Shown here: positions 36,457 to 45,918 of the stretch, one piece after another
Layout: each line of letters opens with the position of its first letter
How positions within the stretch are numbered: position 1 is the first letter of the stretch
IMG/VR virus record: IMGVR_UViG_3300008108_000037
Location: 4,002-68,001 of that record
Length of the DNA stretch: 64,000 nucleotides
Direction: 5' to 3' (one strand)
Origin: a virus
Taxonomy: Duplodnaviria; Heunggongvirae; Uroviricota; Caudoviricetes
Translations under genes and position numbers: made by a program
Notes under the pieces: generated by a model
The model's input: the letters and a program-made list of their open reading frames with translations, nothing else
What the model was told of the DNA's origin: nothing
Databases searched by the model: none

Positions 36457-36843
36457 ATGGAAAAAATATTGTTTATAGTTAGAGGACTACCGGGTTCTGG
36501 TAAATCAACTTTTGCCTCTACACTTAGCGATGTTTATTTCGAAGCCGATCAATTTTTTATGCAAGAAGGATCTTACAAATTTGATCCTTCTAAATTAAGG
36601 GATGCACATGCATGGTGTCTTGCTCAGGTTGAATCTATGATGCAAAAATCTGAACCAAGAATCGCGGTATCTAATACTTTTACCCAAGAATGGGAGATGA
36701 ATTCATATTTCGAAGCTGCAAAAAAATATGGATATCAAGTTTTTTCAATTATAGTAGAAAATCGTCACGGTGGAAAAAATGCTCATGGAGTTCCAGACGA
36801 TAAAATTCAAATCATGAAAGATCGTTTTCAGATTTCACTATAA
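36457..36843 (+). CDS. AAA_33 / N4BP2-like P-loop kinase
   Basis: IVRGLPGSGKST; EAD.FF; VSNTFTQ.WE; HGVP. Confidence 0.88.
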   Translation: MEKILFIVRGLPGSGKSTFASTLSDVYFEADQFFMQEGSYKFDPSKLRDAHAWCLAQVESMMQKSEPRIAVSNTFTQEWEMNSYFEAAKKYGYQVFSIIVENRHGGKNAHGVPDDKIQIMKDRFQISL

Positions 36844-36893
36844 AAAATATTTAGCTGCATTAGATTTCTAGCACGATTGAGGATATATAAATC

Positions 36894-37024
36894 AGAAAAA
36901 ATCCTCATTCCGTGCGAAAGAATACACGACTTTCCACGTATACTTTTTGAGAGAGATCTCCGAAGCCACACGACCTTCGGGGCGCATTCTCCGTAAGCGA
37001 ATTACAGATTCGAGGGTTTTTTCT
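36894..37024 (+). ncRNA. structured RNA element, copy 1 (unassigned family)
   Basis: Closed by AGAAAAAATCCT/AGGGTTTTTTCT; shares 28-, 17- and 9-nt blocks with 44062-44173. Confidence 0.75.
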
Positions 37025-37042
37025 AGAATAAAACCAAAGACC

Positions 37043-37483
37043 ATGGGATTTCTAGAAAAGATTTTTAACCCAACCTCACAAACGCAGGTTCCAGACAAGC
37101 AGAACCGTTTCAACGCAATTCTACAGAGAATGATGGCCACGAGATGGTACATCACAGCATTAACACTTTTCACCTTTGTGATTATTGCTGGTGGTATTTT
37201 AGTGTCTATTGCTTCAGGTACAGAGGTCAATCAGGAGTGGAAAGAAATTCTCCTTCTAATGCTCGGCGCATTTATCGGATCTTACAACAGGGTTATTGAT
37301 TATTGGTTCAATAACGATCAGAGAGATCAAGTACTTATTCAGAAAGTTGACGAGGAAGATGATGATCCAGGAACAGAAAAGAAAACCTTTGCATTCCAGG
37401 AAGAGATAAAAAATAACGATCCTCTATCTTCTTCTGCTTCTCAATCAAAAAATGAATCATCTTATGAAGAAGAATCTATTTAA
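37043..37483 (+). CDS. two-TM membrane protein
   Basis: Start MGFLEK at 37043 downstream of the RNA element; EWKEILLLMLGAFIG. Confidence 0.8.
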   Translation: MGFLEKIFNPTSQTQVPDKQNRFNAILQRMMATRWYITALTLFTFVIIAGGILVSIASGTEVNQEWKEILLLMLGAFIGSYNRVIDYWFNNDQRDQVLIQKVDEEDDDPGTEKKTFAFQEEIKNNDPLSSSASQSKNESSYEEESI

Positions 37484-37970
37484 AATCCTGATTTCGGTTT
37501 TTTTACTGATGGTTTGCATTCCTGTATTTTCACAGGAAAAGAAGATTACTGTAGGTGATATAAAAAATAAAATATCGATAGGCAATCTCACAGGGTCTAG
37601 ACAATTGACCTTCGGATTTAAAAATATACTACTGGAATTTTTACAGGAAAAAGACTATCCAGTAGTTGAAGATGATGAGGCTTATGATATAAAAATAAGT
37701 CTAGATCTACTTTTCTTCGATGTTGAAACTACCAAATCTAACCTGTCTGTTTTTCATAGAGATAATGCAGAAACAGTATTAAGGGTTAAAGCTTATGCAT
37801 ATGATTCATCTGGCAAGAAAATTAAAGAGGTAGTTATCACAGAAAAATCATCAGAGATCTCAGTTTCAACCCTCGTAATAGACGAAGGTGGCGGTATAAA
37901 TCAACAATCTGTCTCTAATGTTATTAAAAAGGTTTGTGATTCCGCTATAAAACAATTATTAACAAAATGA
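37464..37970 (+). CDS. secreted CsgG/TolB-N-like alpha/beta protein
   Basis: Signal peptide; architecture parallels 45140-45859. Confidence 0.55.
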   Translation: MKKNLFKILISVFLLMVCIPVFSQEKKITVGDIKNKISIGNLTGSRQLTFGFKNILLEFLQEKDYPVVEDDEAYDIKISLDLLFFDVETTKSNLSVFHRDNAETVLRVKAYAYDSSGKKIKEVVITEKSSEISVSTLVIDEGGGINQQSVSNVIKKVCDSAIKQLLTK

Positions 37971-39616
37971 AAAAGCTAATTTTATTTTTTGGGATATTTT
38001 TAATATCTCTCACGACGTTTGGTCAATTAAGTGTTACGCAAACAATTACCCCTACTACAGGACTGAAGGTTGGTGACACATTAACTGTAAAATATACAGT
38101 AACAAGGGGAACTACAACCCCTCGTTATTTTTGGTTGAGATACTCATTTAACAATAAAGCTTTGGCTATGGTACCAAATAGTACTGTCTTTACACAGGGA
38201 TCATCAACACAAACGTTCTTTACTCTTTGGAATAATTATGCATTTACTCCATCCCAAACTGCGGCAGCAACTAGCTTGTATGCACAGTATCAAGCTACTC
38301 CTTGGGCTTACACTGCAAACAATGATTGGAATGTTGGGCAATTAACAGTTCAAAGAACTGATGCATCGATCAATGGCGACATTGCAACTCAAAAATATGT
38401 ATTAAAGGATCAAAACACGTATAACAATATACATAAACTGGATTTAGCATACGCCATTAATGATACGTCAGTAAACATTTCTCCAATCACAAAAAGCTCT
38501 ACTGATCTATCATTAACAAACGTAACTGGTAATACTTCCCAATTCAAGGTTAAAGTGTTATTTCCTCAGGGATATACGATCACAGATCATAATGTTCAAT
38601 TAATGAAATTAAAAAATGATGGAACGGGAGCAATTGATTGGTCTGTTCCGCCAATTGCCCAATTACCATTAGATGCTACAGGCGAAGCACTATTTACAAC
38701 TCAGGTTAAAGTTGGGGATTCTGTTGGGGTGTTTGTATCTCCCGCTTCTCAGAAAGCTTGGATGAATAATGTCATTACTGTATCTGATGCGTACAAAGCA
38801 TTCCTAGGACATTCTCAAACAGACATTAGTGGAAATCCAACCTATTTTACCTATCCTAACTTAGAAAAACTTGTTGGTAATGTATCAAAAAATGATGCAA
38901 TTTTTAATGAAACAGATTCCTATTATCTATTTGCATACGTGATGGGTCAAGACGTTTCAGCGAATGCTTTTATTCCAACACAAACCGCAACCTCCTGGAG
39001 ATGGAATAGTGGTTTATTAAACCAAAGCTGGTTGGATGGTAATATTAAGAACAAGGTAACTATTGATACCCCAATTAAAGAAGTGTATGCTGTATTTGCA
39101 TGGGGTGGAGATTTAGATTGGTCACATTCATCTTCGACTGCAGAAATTGTAAGCAGAATTAATGCAGGTCAATATACAAATTCAGTAAACTCGATTAATG
39201 CTAAAACGACGATGTCAACTCAATCCATGGCTTACAGAACAGAAGCATTGGAAACAGCTAAATTAAGTGTATCGTCATCCTTAGAAGCTGGCAAAGTTGT
39301 TTTAAAAGCAACATTAACTAAAGAAGAATTAGCAGGACTACAAGTTATTATGCAGTACGATAACACAAAACTAACTTTAGATAATGTAATATTTGATGCA
39401 GGAAGCACTATTACCAATTTCTCTACACACGACAATGGTAGATTAACTTTCGGTTCTATCGATCAGCTAAAGACTGCTAGAATTAAAACCGGAACACCAT
39501 ACAAATTGGTGTTTACTCCAAAAGTAAATCTACAAAATACCGCAGGATTATTCTATTTCGTGTTAGCAGATGCAGTAGATGCAAATGGTAACAAGGTCGA
39601 CCTGACTATAGAATAA
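37967..39616 (+). CDS. secreted cohesin-like/dockerin-like protein
   Basis: Signal peptide; LKVGDTLTV...F N-domain; TVSDAY..GNV..ND..FNETD; C-terminal AGLQVIMQYD cohesin-like. Confidence 0.65.
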   Translation: MKKLILFFGIFLISLTTFGQLSVTQTITPTTGLKVGDTLTVKYTVTRGTTTPRYFWLRYSFNNKALAMVPNSTVFTQGSSTQTFFTLWNNYAFTPSQTAAATSLYAQYQATPWAYTANNDWNVGQLTVQRTDASINGDIATQKYVLKDQNTYNNIHKLDLAYAINDTSVNISPITKSSTDLSLTNVTGNTSQFKVKVLFPQGYTITDHNVQLMKLKNDGTGAIDWSVPPIAQLPLDATGEALFTTQVKVGDSVGVFVSPASQKAWMNNVITVSDAYKAFLGHSQTDISGNPTYFTYPNLEKLVGNVSKNDAIFNETDSYYLFAYVMGQDVSANAFIPTQTATSWRWNSGLLNQSWLDGNIKNKVTIDTPIKEVYAVFAWGGDLDWSHSSSTAEIVSRINAGQYTNSVNSINAKTTMSTQSMAYRTEALETAKLSVSSSLEAGKVVLKATLTKEELAGLQVIMQYDNTKLTLDNVIFDAGSTITNFSTHDNGRLTFGSIDQLKTARIKTGTPYKLVFTPKVNLQNTAGLFYFVLADAVDANGNKVDLTIE

Positions 39617-39619
39617 TTT

Positions 39620-41926
39620 ATGAAAAAACTCGTATTCATATTTTTAATATTGTTGAATTCAGTCTTGGTTCTAGGGCAGCAAGTGAACTCCCCAGACCCA
39701 AAAACCTTTATTCAAGGCACAGTTTCTCAAGATGCTAGTGGATTCTCTCTTAGTGGATTTAATTCAACTGTAACCCTATTATGCGCTATCGGGTTACCAC
39801 AAGCACCAACAGGAACAACTTTTAGTTTAACTACAGTTTCGGGTCTTACCCCTGCAAGCGGTTATACTATGAACGGTAATAAAACTCGTTTGGCATTTAC
39901 TGGAACAATGGCTAATATTAATGCTGCCTTAGCAACATTAAAAATAAACACAACAGCAACTGCAGGTGCAATTAACATTTCAGTATCTGCAACAGTAAAC
40001 CCTACTGGTTATTTTTACAATCCAACAAACGGACACTTTTATAGACCTATATCAACCGGAGCAACTTATACAAATGCAAGAACATTATCATCTCAACAAA
40101 CATTCAAAGGTCAACAAGGATATTTGGTAACGATAACATCAGCAGATGAAGATGCTTTTATATTTGCTAATGTTCCACAAGCTAGTATTTGGTTTGCACT
40201 AACGGATGAAGCGGTTGAAGGTCAATGGAGAATTGATGCAGGACCGGAAGCAGGAACTTTAATAAAAACTGCAAACGGACAACTTAATGGAAACGTAGTA
40301 GGACAATATAATAACTGGGCCGGTGGTGAACCAAACAATTCTGGTAATGAAGATTATGCTGTAACTAAATGGGGTGGTGGAAATCAATGGAATGATTTAC
40401 CTAATAATTTTAGCTGTGCTTATGTAGTTGAATTTGGAACTTGGACTAATCCTGATGACCAAACTTTTACCGAATTCTATTCCAATAGTGTAACACATTC
40501 AAATGGTGAAACCTTAAGGTTACAATTTACCTTCGATTTTGGTAACAATATAGACGAGACCAAATTTAAAACCAAAATGTTTACATATACTGATTATGTG
40601 TCTGGACCTTACAATGAAGCGGTTACTGGAACTACCTATACATCTTTAAATGGATTAGGAAAAACAGATAAAACAAATGATATTGATCTAGTAAAAATAA
40701 ATTCCGGACAAAAGGCAACTATATCAACAGGACAGGCTGAATTTTCTTATGTTAACATATCAAACAACACTACAACATTATACATTGATCTGTCCAGATT
40801 TGGTGGAGTAGATCCGTCAACAATAAGTAATGTCAGTATTTTAGATGCATATAACGGTCCAGTAACATATCAGCAAACTTCAACATATTGGGCACATTAT
40901 ATAGTACCCTCAGCATTAACAAAAATCACTAACGGGACGTCTTCATTTAATTCAAGTATAAGAAATGCTGGAAATAATAACTGGGCATTTATGTCCAATA
41001 TATCATTTTCACAAAATCAAATTTTTAAAAATCATGCGATCTTGTTTCAATCTTATAATTCAAGCGAACTTCAGACTTTACTTTCGCAGATTGTAACAAT
41101 TTCAGATGTTTATTTAGCATTTAAAGAATTTTCAGACAGGGGTATATTTGGAAATTCAAATGGACAGTATTTTCAATCGGGTATTCAATTTCAAAATGCT
41201 GATGTTAATCATGATAATGTTTTTGACGAGACTGATTGCTTTAAGTTGCTTAAGTATTTGCAGGGAACAGAAAATCTTTGGGAAAGTGCAGCTCTTCCAT
41301 ATGTAATGAAAATAGTTCCAAAATCCACCTATGATGATATTAATAAGAATAACTGGAACACATTCGGGGCTTATGAATTTCTGAGATCCAAATATCCTAT
41401 CACTTTAAATGATGGTGTGTTAAATTCCCATGTATTAAATGTTACATGGAAAGGTGACGTAAATCTTTCGCACTCTCCTGCACAATCCGCGAGCGGATCT
41501 ATAGCAAACCAATCTCTTTCTTTTTCTTCTGTTGCAATGCAGAATGTCGTTAATAGCGAGTCACCCACAGCTTATATTGTTTCACAAATTTCTGGAGATG
41601 TCTTGGATGTAATTATAAAATTCAATTCAAAATCCAATCCTATAGTCGGTACACAATTTCAAGTTAATTACGATAACACTAGAATTAAATATGTTAGTAC
41701 AGATTTTAAAATAAAGGGGTCCCCATCAAATTTTGATGCTAACAGGGGATCTTTTATAAATCTTGGATCCTTAGTTACCAGCGGCGAACTTCTAGACCCG
41801 CTTGCAGAATACAGATTAACTTTTAAACTAAAAACAAACCTTTCAAATTCTCTAGGATTGATTTCTATAGCATCTAACGAAGCGGTAAATCAAACTGGGC
41901 AATCAATAAAAATAAGAATAGAATGA
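39620..41926 (+). CDS. secreted C-type lectin + dockerin + cohesin-like protein
   Basis: NGHFY...GYLVTITS..WFALTD..EGQW..WAGGEPNN..EDY..WND; ADVNHDNVFDETD; GTQFQVNYD. Confidence 0.8.
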   Translation: MKKLVFIFLILLNSVLVLGQQVNSPDPKTFIQGTVSQDASGFSLSGFNSTVTLLCAIGLPQAPTGTTFSLTTVSGLTPASGYTMNGNKTRLAFTGTMANINAALATLKINTTATAGAINISVSATVNPTGYFYNPTNGHFYRPISTGATYTNARTLSSQQTFKGQQGYLVTITSADEDAFIFANVPQASIWFALTDEAVEGQWRIDAGPEAGTLIKTANGQLNGNVVGQYNNWAGGEPNNSGNEDYAVTKWGGGNQWNDLPNNFSCAYVVEFGTWTNPDDQTFTEFYSNSVTHSNGETLRLQFTFDFGNNIDETKFKTKMFTYTDYVSGPYNEAVTGTTYTSLNGLGKTDKTNDIDLVKINSGQKATISTGQAEFSYVNISNNTTTLYIDLSRFGGVDPSTISNVSILDAYNGPVTYQQTSTYWAHYIVPSALTKITNGTSSFNSSIRNAGNNNWAFMSNISFSQNQIFKNHAILFQSYNSSELQTLLSQIVTISDVYLAFKEFSDRGIFGNSNGQYFQSGIQFQNADVNHDNVFDETDCFKLLKYLQGTENLWESAALPYVMKIVPKSTYDDINKNNWNTFGAYEFLRSKYPITLNDGVLNSHVLNVTWKGDVNLSHSPAQSASGSIANQSLSFSSVAMQNVVNSESPTAYIVSQISGDVLDVIIKFNSKSNPIVGTQFQVNYDNTRIKYVSTDFKIKGSPSNFDANRGSFINLGSLVTSGELLDPLAEYRLTFKLKTNLSNSLGLISIASNEAVNQTGQSIKIRIE

Positions 41927-42273
41927 CAAGGGTTTTACTAACTATATTAATTGTTTCATCTCTTTGGGGGTGTCGAAAAATGGAAATAGAGCCAATTCCT
42001 CCATCAAGGAATGAGGACATTTTTTCTACCAAACAAGCATCTGTCTCCGACGATGCCCCCATAAATTTCAATTTAAAAATCGAAGGAATTTACACGTTAA
42101 CTCTCTTTGATCCTGTGAGCCAGCAGGTAGTAACAAGAGAAAGAATTTTTGGAATTACAGGAAATAACACATTCAAATTATACACGAAGGCGTTACCAAC
42201 GAATCAAGTTTATTTATTGTTACAAGATGAAAACAATAATGAAATCGGAAAAACGCTTCTAGTGATAAAATAA
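41923..42273 (+). CDS. lipoprotein with T9SS-CTD-like Ig fold
   Basis: Lipobox WGC; YTLTLFD...VV......G.N...LYTKALP...Y.L. Confidence 0.55.
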   Translation: MTRVLLTILIVSSLWGCRKMEIEPIPPSRNEDIFSTKQASVSDDAPINFNLKIEGIYTLTLFDPVSQQVVTRERIFGITGNNTFKLYTKALPTNQVYLLLQDENNNEIGKTLLVIK

Positions 42274-42284
42274 AAAATAAAAAA

Positions 42285-42653
42285 ATGAAAAAAATAATTT
42301 TAGCAGCATTTATTTCATCCATTGTTATGGGATGTAACAAGATGGACATTGAAATGCCTTCACCTCCAGCCCCGGATCGATTAGCTATTGAATCTTCTGT
42401 TGGTATCAAATTGGAATCACCTTTTGTTACCTCAGAAGTATCAATGAACGTTAAGAGTGATATAACTCAAACTGTAAGTATTAGGATCTATGATATCTCA
42501 AATAGAGTTGTTTCCAAAGAGACTGTAAACGTAAAGGCTGGAGATAATATTTTAAAAGTTTATACCTCAGCTTTACCATCTTCAGCATATAGGATTGGCT
42601 TATATGATTCAAAAGGAAACGAGTTAGGTATTACCGATTTTAACAAGCTTTAA
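42285..42653 (+). CDS. lipoprotein with T9SS-CTD-like Ig fold
   Basis: Lipobox MGC; IRIYDISNRVV...VKAGDN.LKVYTSALPSSAYRI. Confidence 0.65.
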   Translation: MKKIILAAFISSIVMGCNKMDIEMPSPPAPDRLAIESSVGIKLESPFVTSEVSMNVKSDITQTVSIRIYDISNRVVSKETVNVKAGDNILKVYTSALPSSAYRIGLYDSKGNELGITDFNKL

Positions 42654-42688
42654 ATCTAGAAGGAGGGAGCAATTTATGACACGACAAA

Positions 42689-44044
42689 TTGATGAAAAAA
42701 TTAATAATATTTTTTTTATTGACAATAGCCCTCAAGGTAAATGGTCAAATCTTTACTCAGACTTATGTTGATAAATGTACAGGGGAAATAAAAACAGTAA
42801 CTACAACACCCATGGGAAATGGTATGGTTGTAGTTGCTTTTTATAATCAGATAAAAACATTTTCGAGCACTGACTTGACCAACGGAACGGTTCAGACGTG
42901 GCTTAATCAGGTTTATTCTGATTATAATTCGAGGCCCTGTCCTGTTATCAGTGTGGTCCAGCAAACGGTAACCCAAGCAGTTGCCCAACAAGCAGCTGCA
43001 GCCGCAGCTTCTGCAGCATCCTCTGCAGCAAGTGCATCAGCTAGTGCTGCAGCAAGTTCTTCTGCCAGTACTGCAGCAAGTTCTTCCGCTAGTAGTTCTG
43101 CAGCAACTTCATCGGCTAGCTCTCCACCACAGAGCAGCTCGTCGCAAAGCGGGGGTAGTTCCTCTTCAAATTCGTCGCAAAGCGGAGGTAGCTCATCATC
43201 TTCAGAATCAAAAAATGAAACTAAATCTGAGGGAACAAAATCGGAAAGTAAATCAGAGGAGAAGAAAGAAGAAAGTAAATCTGAATCTAACGAAGAGAAG
43301 AAGGAGGAAAAGAAAGAAGAATCCAAGGAGGAGAAAAAGGAGGAGGACAAGAAAGAAGATAAAAAAGACGATAAAAAGAAGAAGCAACAAAATACGAATC
43401 CAACTTTAATTGCATCAGATCTTGCGGTTACCCAGAGTGCAGATGGCAGATACACCGCGATGATTTCAACCGGCATAAGTAAGTCTTCTATGACGGGAAC
43501 GAGCTCGTGGGGTTTAACCTCTTTGATATGGGCAACTTTTGATCAGTTTGCTCTAAACGGGGGCTATACCAAAATGAATTTTGATAAGGGTAAACTAAAT
43601 AATATAAAATCATATTCGATGACCGCTGCTTATTTGCAGGGAAATTTTATGATCATGCAGGGACACACATACATTAGGCCACATCCTAAGATTGGAACAT
43701 ATGGATACAATGTGGGTGTTATCAGTTTACTGATAAAGAATGGAAACAGGTATGACTATTCTCTTTCGAGCTCTTTAGTTGGATTTTGGACCAAGCCATA
43801 TCAGATGAACAAGAGACTTTCTATCTCACCGCAGGTTTTTATAACATCTTCTCCCATAGCTTGGAACCCGTCAACAAACCAGACTGTAGTTAGCAAGGAT
43901 TTTGGTTATATGGGAGGTGCTTCGTATGACTATAAATTAACCAAGAGATTTGGAATGAATTTTAGTTACAGATTTGCTGGATCGACAAAAGAAGGATCCA
44001 AGATACTTCACAATTTCATGATAGGATCAAGAATTTTGTTATAG
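42689..44044 (+). CDS. secreted protein with Ser/Ala and Glu/Lys linkers and C-terminal beta-barrel-like domain
   Basis: Signal peptide; low-complexity middle; alternating amphipathic strands at C-terminus. Confidence 0.75.
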   Translation: MMKKLIIFFLLTIALKVNGQIFTQTYVDKCTGEIKTVTTTPMGNGMVVVAFYNQIKTFSSTDLTNGTVQTWLNQVYSDYNSRPCPVISVVQQTVTQAVAQQAAAAAASAASSAASASASAAASSSASTAASSSASSSAATSSASSPPQSSSSQSGGSSSSNSSQSGGSSSSSESKNETKSEGTKSESKSEEKKEESKSESNEEKKEEKKEESKEEKKEEDKKEDKKDDKKKKQQNTNPTLIASDLAVTQSADGRYTAMISTGISKSSMTGTSSWGLTSLIWATFDQFALNGGYTKMNFDKGKLNNIKSYSMTAAYLQGNFMIMQGHTYIRPHPKIGTYGYNVGVISLLIKNGNRYDYSLSSSLVGFWTKPYQMNKRLSISPQVFITSSPIAWNPSTNQTVVSKDFGYMGGASYDYKLTKRFGMNFSYRFAGSTKEGSKILHNFMIGSRILL

Positions 44045-44061
44045 AAAAAAGATATATAGAA

Positions 44062-44173
44062 GTGAAAAAATCCTCATTCCGTGCGAAAGAACACAAAAGC
44101 CTTTCCACGTATACTTTAATGGGAGAGTTAGAAAACTCTCAAAAAAGCGAATTTAAGATTCGGATTTTTTCAC
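44062..44173 (+). ncRNA. structured RNA element, copy 2 (unassigned family)
   Basis: Closed by GTGAAAAAATC/GATTTTTTCAC; compensatory changes relative to copy 1. Confidence 0.75.
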
Positions 44174-44244
44174 ATGAGAATAAAAAGAAGAACTGTATTA
44201 AATGTATATGTTTCTGATGACAAAAAAGAATATAATTTAAAATC

Positions 44245-44559
44245 ATGGCAGAAGAAATGCAAGAAACAGAAGGAACTTGGACTGGTCTGAAAAAAACAAT
44301 TGTGGGAACGTTAGCTACAGTTGTAACAGCCGGTGGTGCTTGGCTCGGAACTACTCTTTTCGGGGGAGGTAGTGACAATGCTGCTCCAGCTGCTGCTCCA
44401 GCTCCGATTATTAACATTACCAATTCTAACCAGCAAGCTCAGCAAGCTGCAGGAGGTAAAACAGTAATAATCAAAGAAAAAGCTTCCTCTGAAAAACCAG
44501 CAGAAAAGAAAGAGGAAAAGAAAAAAGACGAATGGACCAAAGAGGAGCCTAAATGGTAA
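44245..44559 (+). CDS. membrane-anchored protein
   Basis: One TM, Ala/Pro/Gln and Lys/Glu-rich tail. Confidence 0.75.
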   Translation: MAEEMQETEGTWTGLKKTIVGTLATVVTAGGAWLGTTLFGGGSDNAAPAAAPAPIINITNSNQQAQQAAGGKTVIIKEKASSEKPAEKKEEKKKDEWTKEEPKW

Positions 44560-44595
44560 ATCTCAATCCTTTTGCAGAATATAAAAACACACGAC

Positions 44596-44853
44596 ATGAA
44601 AAAATTCTTTTCACAGCTTTTTAGCGACGACAACAGTATTAACGAAAAATCCGTTGTTGGGTTCTTAGCTTTCGTAATGATGGCATTATTTGCTGTCGCC
44701 GACATTGTAACAGGTTACTTGGGTAAGGATTTAGTAATCAATGAGTTCATCTTTAACGCCTTCCTTTGGTTGGTACTTGGATCTTTTGGAATAGGATCCG
44801 TTGATAAGTACATCAATAAGAAGGGAAGTTCTAATGACGAAACTGTTGAGTAA
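44596..44853 (+). CDS. two-TM membrane protein (holin-like)
   Basis: ACACACGACATG start; INEKSVVGF...LGSFGIGSVDK. Confidence 0.75.
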   Translation: MKKFFSQLFSDDNSINEKSVVGFLAFVMMALFAVADIVTGYLGKDLVINEFIFNAFLWLVLGSFGIGSVDKYINKKGSSNDETVE

Positions 44854-44910
44854 GAGTCAAAAAAAAGAGTGTAGGTAAATCCTACACTCTTTAAAATATT
44901 ATAAAATAAA

Positions 44911-45129
44911 ATGAAAATCTTACAACAAGTAGAAAAATTTCTATTCACAACATTTGCTCTATCAGCTACAGCATTTGTTTTTTGTGCATTTTGTGTACAA
45001 CTGGCTTTTGTTTATATGCACTTTACCAAGACCGAAGAGGAGCAACTCAAAATCTCTAATGATATAACTTGGAAAATCGACGGAAGATGGGGTGATACAC
45101 CAGGTAATATTTGGTACGAAGGAAAATAA
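44911..45129 (+). CDS. small membrane protein
   Basis: One TM. Confidence 0.65.
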   Translation: MKILQQVEKFLFTTFALSATAFVFCAFCVQLAFVYMHFTKTEEEQLKISNDITWKIDGRWGDTPGNIWYEGK

Positions 45130-45139
45130 TCTCATATAC

Positions 45140-45859
45140 ATGAAAAAGATTTTATTCACCCTAATATTGGGACTGATCTCTGCTGCATCATATGCTCAGG
45201 TAGTAGGACAAACTAAGACTGAAGATTATAAGGCTTCCTTCGAAAAAAAGATTAACATAGATTCATTAATGGATTATGATGGTCCAACAATACCAATTCA
45301 GCTATTGAATCTTGGTATTAACGAGGAGGTTTATGCCATGTATCCGGAACTCAAGGATAAAAGAGTAGGTCTAGGAGTGACTAATATCGTAATTGAATTC
45401 TTCGAAGAAATGGGGAGATTCACTTTCACTGAGGATAAAACGGAAATTAAAAATAGAATGGTAAAGCAATTCCAAGCAAGCCAATCGGGATTTACTGAAA
45501 ACAAATTAGACGGAAGAGGAAAGATAAAACTTGCTAGATACTTTGTTTACATTGAAGTTTATGATTTTTCAGTTTCTGAAGATGAAACCGTTAATCTAAA
45601 AAATGGAGTTAAAAACACTATGGTTACTAGACTTGGTATGCAAGTTAAATTTGTTGATGCAGAGACTGGAGAATTTTTTACAGGATCTGGATTGGGAGAA
45701 GCTAAAACCGTAAGGGAATTAACATTGATGAATGATGAAAATTTCTCAGAGGTTAAGTTTAACCAATCGACCATAGGAACTTCTACAAAGAAAGCTTTGG
45801 AAATTGCTTCTAGTAGAATTTTAGTAAGAATGATAAAGAAGGGTATTTTCCAAAAATAA
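45140..45859 (+). CDS. CsgG/HfaB-family protein
   Basis: Signal peptide; GLGVTNIV...RF.F.E.K; VYDF..; RLG.QVKFVDAETGE...GSG.GE. Confidence 0.8.
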   Translation: MKKILFTLILGLISAASYAQVVGQTKTEDYKASFEKKINIDSLMDYDGPTIPIQLLNLGINEEVYAMYPELKDKRVGLGVTNIVIEFFEEMGRFTFTEDKTEIKNRMVKQFQASQSGFTENKLDGRGKIKLARYFVYIEVYDFSVSEDETVNLKNGVKNTMVTRLGMQVKFVDAETGEFFTGSGLGEAKTVRELTLMNDENFSEVKFNQSTIGTSTKKALEIASSRILVRMIKKGIFQK

Positions 45860-45918
45860 TCCTAAATTATTTTTCTTAAGACTATTCTTTAGTCACGACC
45901 TAAAGTAAAAGTATTAAG

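Noticed and set aside
36894-37024. Pistol ribozyme or c-di-GMP riboswitch identity for the duplicated RNA
   Set aside because: Only superficial CGTG/CACG and AAGCG similarity; the pistol pseudoknot and the GEMM GGCAAA/GNRA-receptor core are not visible. An Rfam scan is still needed.
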